IMG/VR virus record: IMGVR_UViG_2799112719_000001
Reading direction: 5' to 3' (one strand)
Length of the DNA stretch: 64,000 nucleotides
Origin: a virus
The position numbers and the translations under genes were made by a program. Numbering within the stretch: the stretch's first letter is position 1; each line of letters starts with the position of its first letter. The notes below the pieces were generated by a model. The model had not been told where the DNA came from. It ran no database searches and saw only the letters and a list, made by a program, of their open reading frames with translations. This document shows, one piece after another, positions 61,963 through 64,000 of this stretch.

Positions 61963-62721
61963 TTACTTATGGTCAGGTTCATCGGCTGCTATCCACATGG
62001 CCTCTTTTTGTTCGCGTCCCTGCTGGTAGAACTTTGACAGCTCCGCATTCTGCCGCTCGATGATATCCATCAGCCGATTGCGCTCTGCGTCGAAGCTGGC
62101 CTGGCAGTCACGCCTTATCCTGTCCTCACGCTCATGGTGTTCTCGCTCCGTAGCCCGCATTTCGTTGGCGTGTTCCAACTGCATCCGAAGGATGGTCTCT
62201 ACCAAGTTCTGCTGTCCTGCCGTGTTGTCTGCTGCTTTCTCGCTGGTCTCTTCCGCTTCTGGCAGTGGCCTGCCCGCGTCTGTCCGTTGCTCCAGCTGCA
62301 TCAGTGCTTCGTCGCGCCGGTGCTGTTGCTCACTCTGCCTGGCAAGTCCCTCGGCAACGACGGTGGCCTGTGCCTGTGAACTGATCTGCCGCTCAGTAAT
62401 CCGCGTTTCCACGATGCCCCTGCCGCGTCCCTCCTTGATGCCGTAGCCGTCAACGGGTAGCGTCTGACTGTTGCTGTCGGGTAGGGTAGGGCGTATCTCT
62501 GCTGGCATACCGTCACCGTCAAAGAAGAATCCGTCTAACGGAATGTTGTAGTAGTTGCAGAAACGCAACATTGCAGTCACATGGACGGGAACCTTCCCAT
62601 CCAGCCATTTGTTTAGTGACACATAGTCACCACACCCCAGGGCTTCCAGCAAGTCCTTTTTGGCGAGTTTGTGGCTATCCATGAATTGCTGGAGATAGCC
62701 GTAGTTGTACGAGTAATCCAT
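61963..62721 (-). CDS. CI-like XRE-family repressor (252 aa)
   Basis: N-terminal HTH (LAKKDLLEALGCGDYVSLNKWLDGK) with a long C-terminal domain. It is transcribed divergently from the next operon. Confidence 0.6.
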   Translation of the reverse strand: MDYSYNYGYLQQFMDSHKLAKKDLLEALGCGDYVSLNKWLDGKVPVHVTAMLRFCNYYNIPLDGFFFDGDGMPAEIRPTLPDSNSQTLPVDGYGIKEGRGRGIVETRITERQISSQAQATVVAEGLARQSEQQHRRDEALMQLEQRTDAGRPLPEAEETSEKAADNTAGQQNLVETILRMQLEHANEMRATEREHHEREDRIRRDCQASFDAERNRLMDIIERQNAELSKFYQQGREQKEAMWIAADEPDHK

Positions 62722-62784
62722 ACTGTTTGCAATTATATTTATTTAACACTAAAATGATACTCAACTGCGATTAAAGCCTTTATA

Positions 62785-62876
62785 TTAAAACCTTTCCGAA
62801 CTTATTAAAAACATACCCTTAAAACATTAAAACTTGGTTAAAATGTTAAATCTCGAAAGAAAAACCGATTAAAACC
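62785..62876. repeat. Array of about 7 TTAAAAC direct repeats in the divergent control region
   Basis: ATTAAAACC, ATTAAAAAC, CTTAAAACA, ATTAAAACT, GTTAAAATG, GTTAAATCT, GATTAAAACC. Confidence 0.7.
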
Positions 62877-62912
62877 TTGTTTTTACAAAAATAATTCCTT
62901 ACCTTTGCGCAA
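62870..62912 (+). promoter_or_regulatory. Rightward promoter
   Basis: -7 box TACCTTTG at 62900-62907. Confidence 0.5.
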
Positions 62913-62940
62913 AAATACAAAAAATCATCCGAATATCAAC

Positions 62941-63429
62941 ATGATTATCGAGAAATTAACACAACCAGGAGCGCATTTGAACTGCGACGATTTGACTCCT
63001 AATCAGAAGAAACTCCTTTGGGAGATAATGAAACGGCATGGTGCATCACAGGGATTCGCCTACGACCGCTTCTTTAAGGAGGGCTTTGCCCTTTGGGAGC
63101 TGAAAGGTATCGACACTATAAAACGTCAGTTCCTTTCTGACCGCTTTTCTGAACTCTTCCCAGACCAGACCACCATGCCTGAAGCATTGGCTTTGGGTGC
63201 CATTCTTGATACCGTAGTGGCCACGAATGGTGAGTTTTATCGTACCCTCGGACGTACCTTTGGTATGAAAAAGGTGTTTACCGATCTTATGGGGACGCTG
63301 GGCATGGGTAGTAACTCGGTCCTCAATAAGTTTTCCACTGACGATTGGAAAGACTATGAGCGTATCGGTGTGCAGGCTGTGATGCAGGAATTTGAAACGG
63401 AAGTAGCGACACTGGATAATGGCGACTAA
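62941..63429 (+). CDS. Hypothetical protein (162 aa from ATG 62941)
   Basis: The track start at 62905 is a TTG inside the -7 box. Confidence 0.6.
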   Translation: MIIEKLTQPGAHLNCDDLTPNQKKLLWEIMKRHGASQGFAYDRFFKEGFALWELKGIDTIKRQFLSDRFSELFPDQTTMPEALALGAILDTVVATNGEFYRTLGRTFGMKKVFTDLMGTLGMGSNSVLNKFSTDDWKDYERIGVQAVMQEFETEVATLDNGD

Positions 63430-63824
63430 TGCAGCAGCGACACTTCGAGAAACGGAAACGTGGACGGCCATTGAAAGACCGTCGAAAGCACCTTCAGATA
63501 GCAGCGACTATTGACTATCGGGGTACTGACGATGACGTGCTGACCTTTGTTTTTCGTGGTGCCGGCCAGCAGCTGATTACTAAAGTTTTCCAATATCTCG
63601 TAGGCCATTCTCACGGCATTGCCCGTGAAGCTGTCGTTACTGAGGAACATGACATTATCCGTCGCAACGGAAAAGGCTACTGGCGCATAGCAGCAGAGAT
63701 ACACGATCCTAACTATCACTTTGCATCGTTAGACGATATGCAGCTGCTCATTGAAGCCACCCTGCACCGCCTCCATCCCTGCACCGTCCACTGGATGCCC
63801 ATCGAGAAGTTCTTGAATGTTTAG
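63429..63824 (+). CDS. Hypothetical basic protein (131 aa)
   Basis: TAATG overlap with the upstream gene. Confidence 0.6.
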   Translation: MQQRHFEKRKRGRPLKDRRKHLQIAATIDYRGTDDDVLTFVFRGAGQQLITKVFQYLVGHSHGIAREAVVTEEHDIIRRNGKGYWRIAAEIHDPNYHFASLDDMQLLIEATLHRLHPCTVHWMPIEKFLNV

Positions 63825-63862
63825 CATGTGGCTATGGTATAGCCACTAAAAGAAAAGAAGAT

Positions 63863-64000
63863 ATGAAGATAATTGATGTTACTATCGACCTTGAAACTTG
63901 CTCACTCGCTGCGAATGCTGCCGTGATGCAAGTGTCTGCCGTGGCGTGGAATAGACATGCCACCGCTGCCGACGAACTGTTTGTAAAGAATATCCCCGCC
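63863..64000 (+). CDS. DEDD-type 3-prime-5-prime exonuclease, N-terminal fragment (runs off the window)
   Basis: MKIIDVTIDLETCSL carries the ExoI DxE motif. Confidence 0.5.
   Translation, partial: MKIIDVTIDLETCSLAANAAVMQVSAVAWNRHATAADELFVKNIPA

Overview
This window looks like most of a temperate phage or phage-plasmid of a Bacteroidota host. Evidence for the host: promoters match the TAnnTTTG -7 box, and there are no Shine-Dalgarno sites. From left to right it contains six blocks. (1) 1-2173: the right end of a diversity-generating retroelement (DGR), with the last 69 nt of the target gene, an Asn-codon-rich template repeat and a reverse transcriptase. (2) 2.2-27.8 kb (+): a late virion and lysis block with a 2036-aa modular tail fibre, an Amidase_3 endolysin, a holin, several large structural proteins, and an acyl carrier protein plus ketoacyl-ACP synthase pair. 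(3) 28.9-30.06 kb: a 1.1-kb non-coding hub full of repeats. (4) 30-42.5 kb (+): an early block with a GC-rich 1152-aa HExxH polyvalent-type protein, an N6-adenine methyltransferase and a truncated NAD-dependent ligase. (5) 42.6-45.9 kb: a plasmid-maintenance module with ParA, a ribbon-helix-helix partner, a Rep_3-like initiator and iterons. (6) 46.4-60.4 kb (-): a block of small early genes (radical SAM, beta-class DNA methyltransferase, YopX, GNAT, HicA-like fusion), followed by a CI-like repressor switch region. The most unusual observations are listed here. A 24-nt palindromic hairpin serves as an intergenic terminator and also sits in frame inside at least five ORFs. Poly-G tracts break the adjacent radical-SAM and methyltransferase genes. 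An ACP/KAS pair lies in the late operon. Rep iteron copies are dispersed across the window. A TTCATNAATTCAT element precedes about 17 start codons. A triplicated early promoter carries a leader stem-loop whose sequence covaries between copies. All functional calls rest on motifs read by eye, with no database search. Terminase and major capsid could not be identified.
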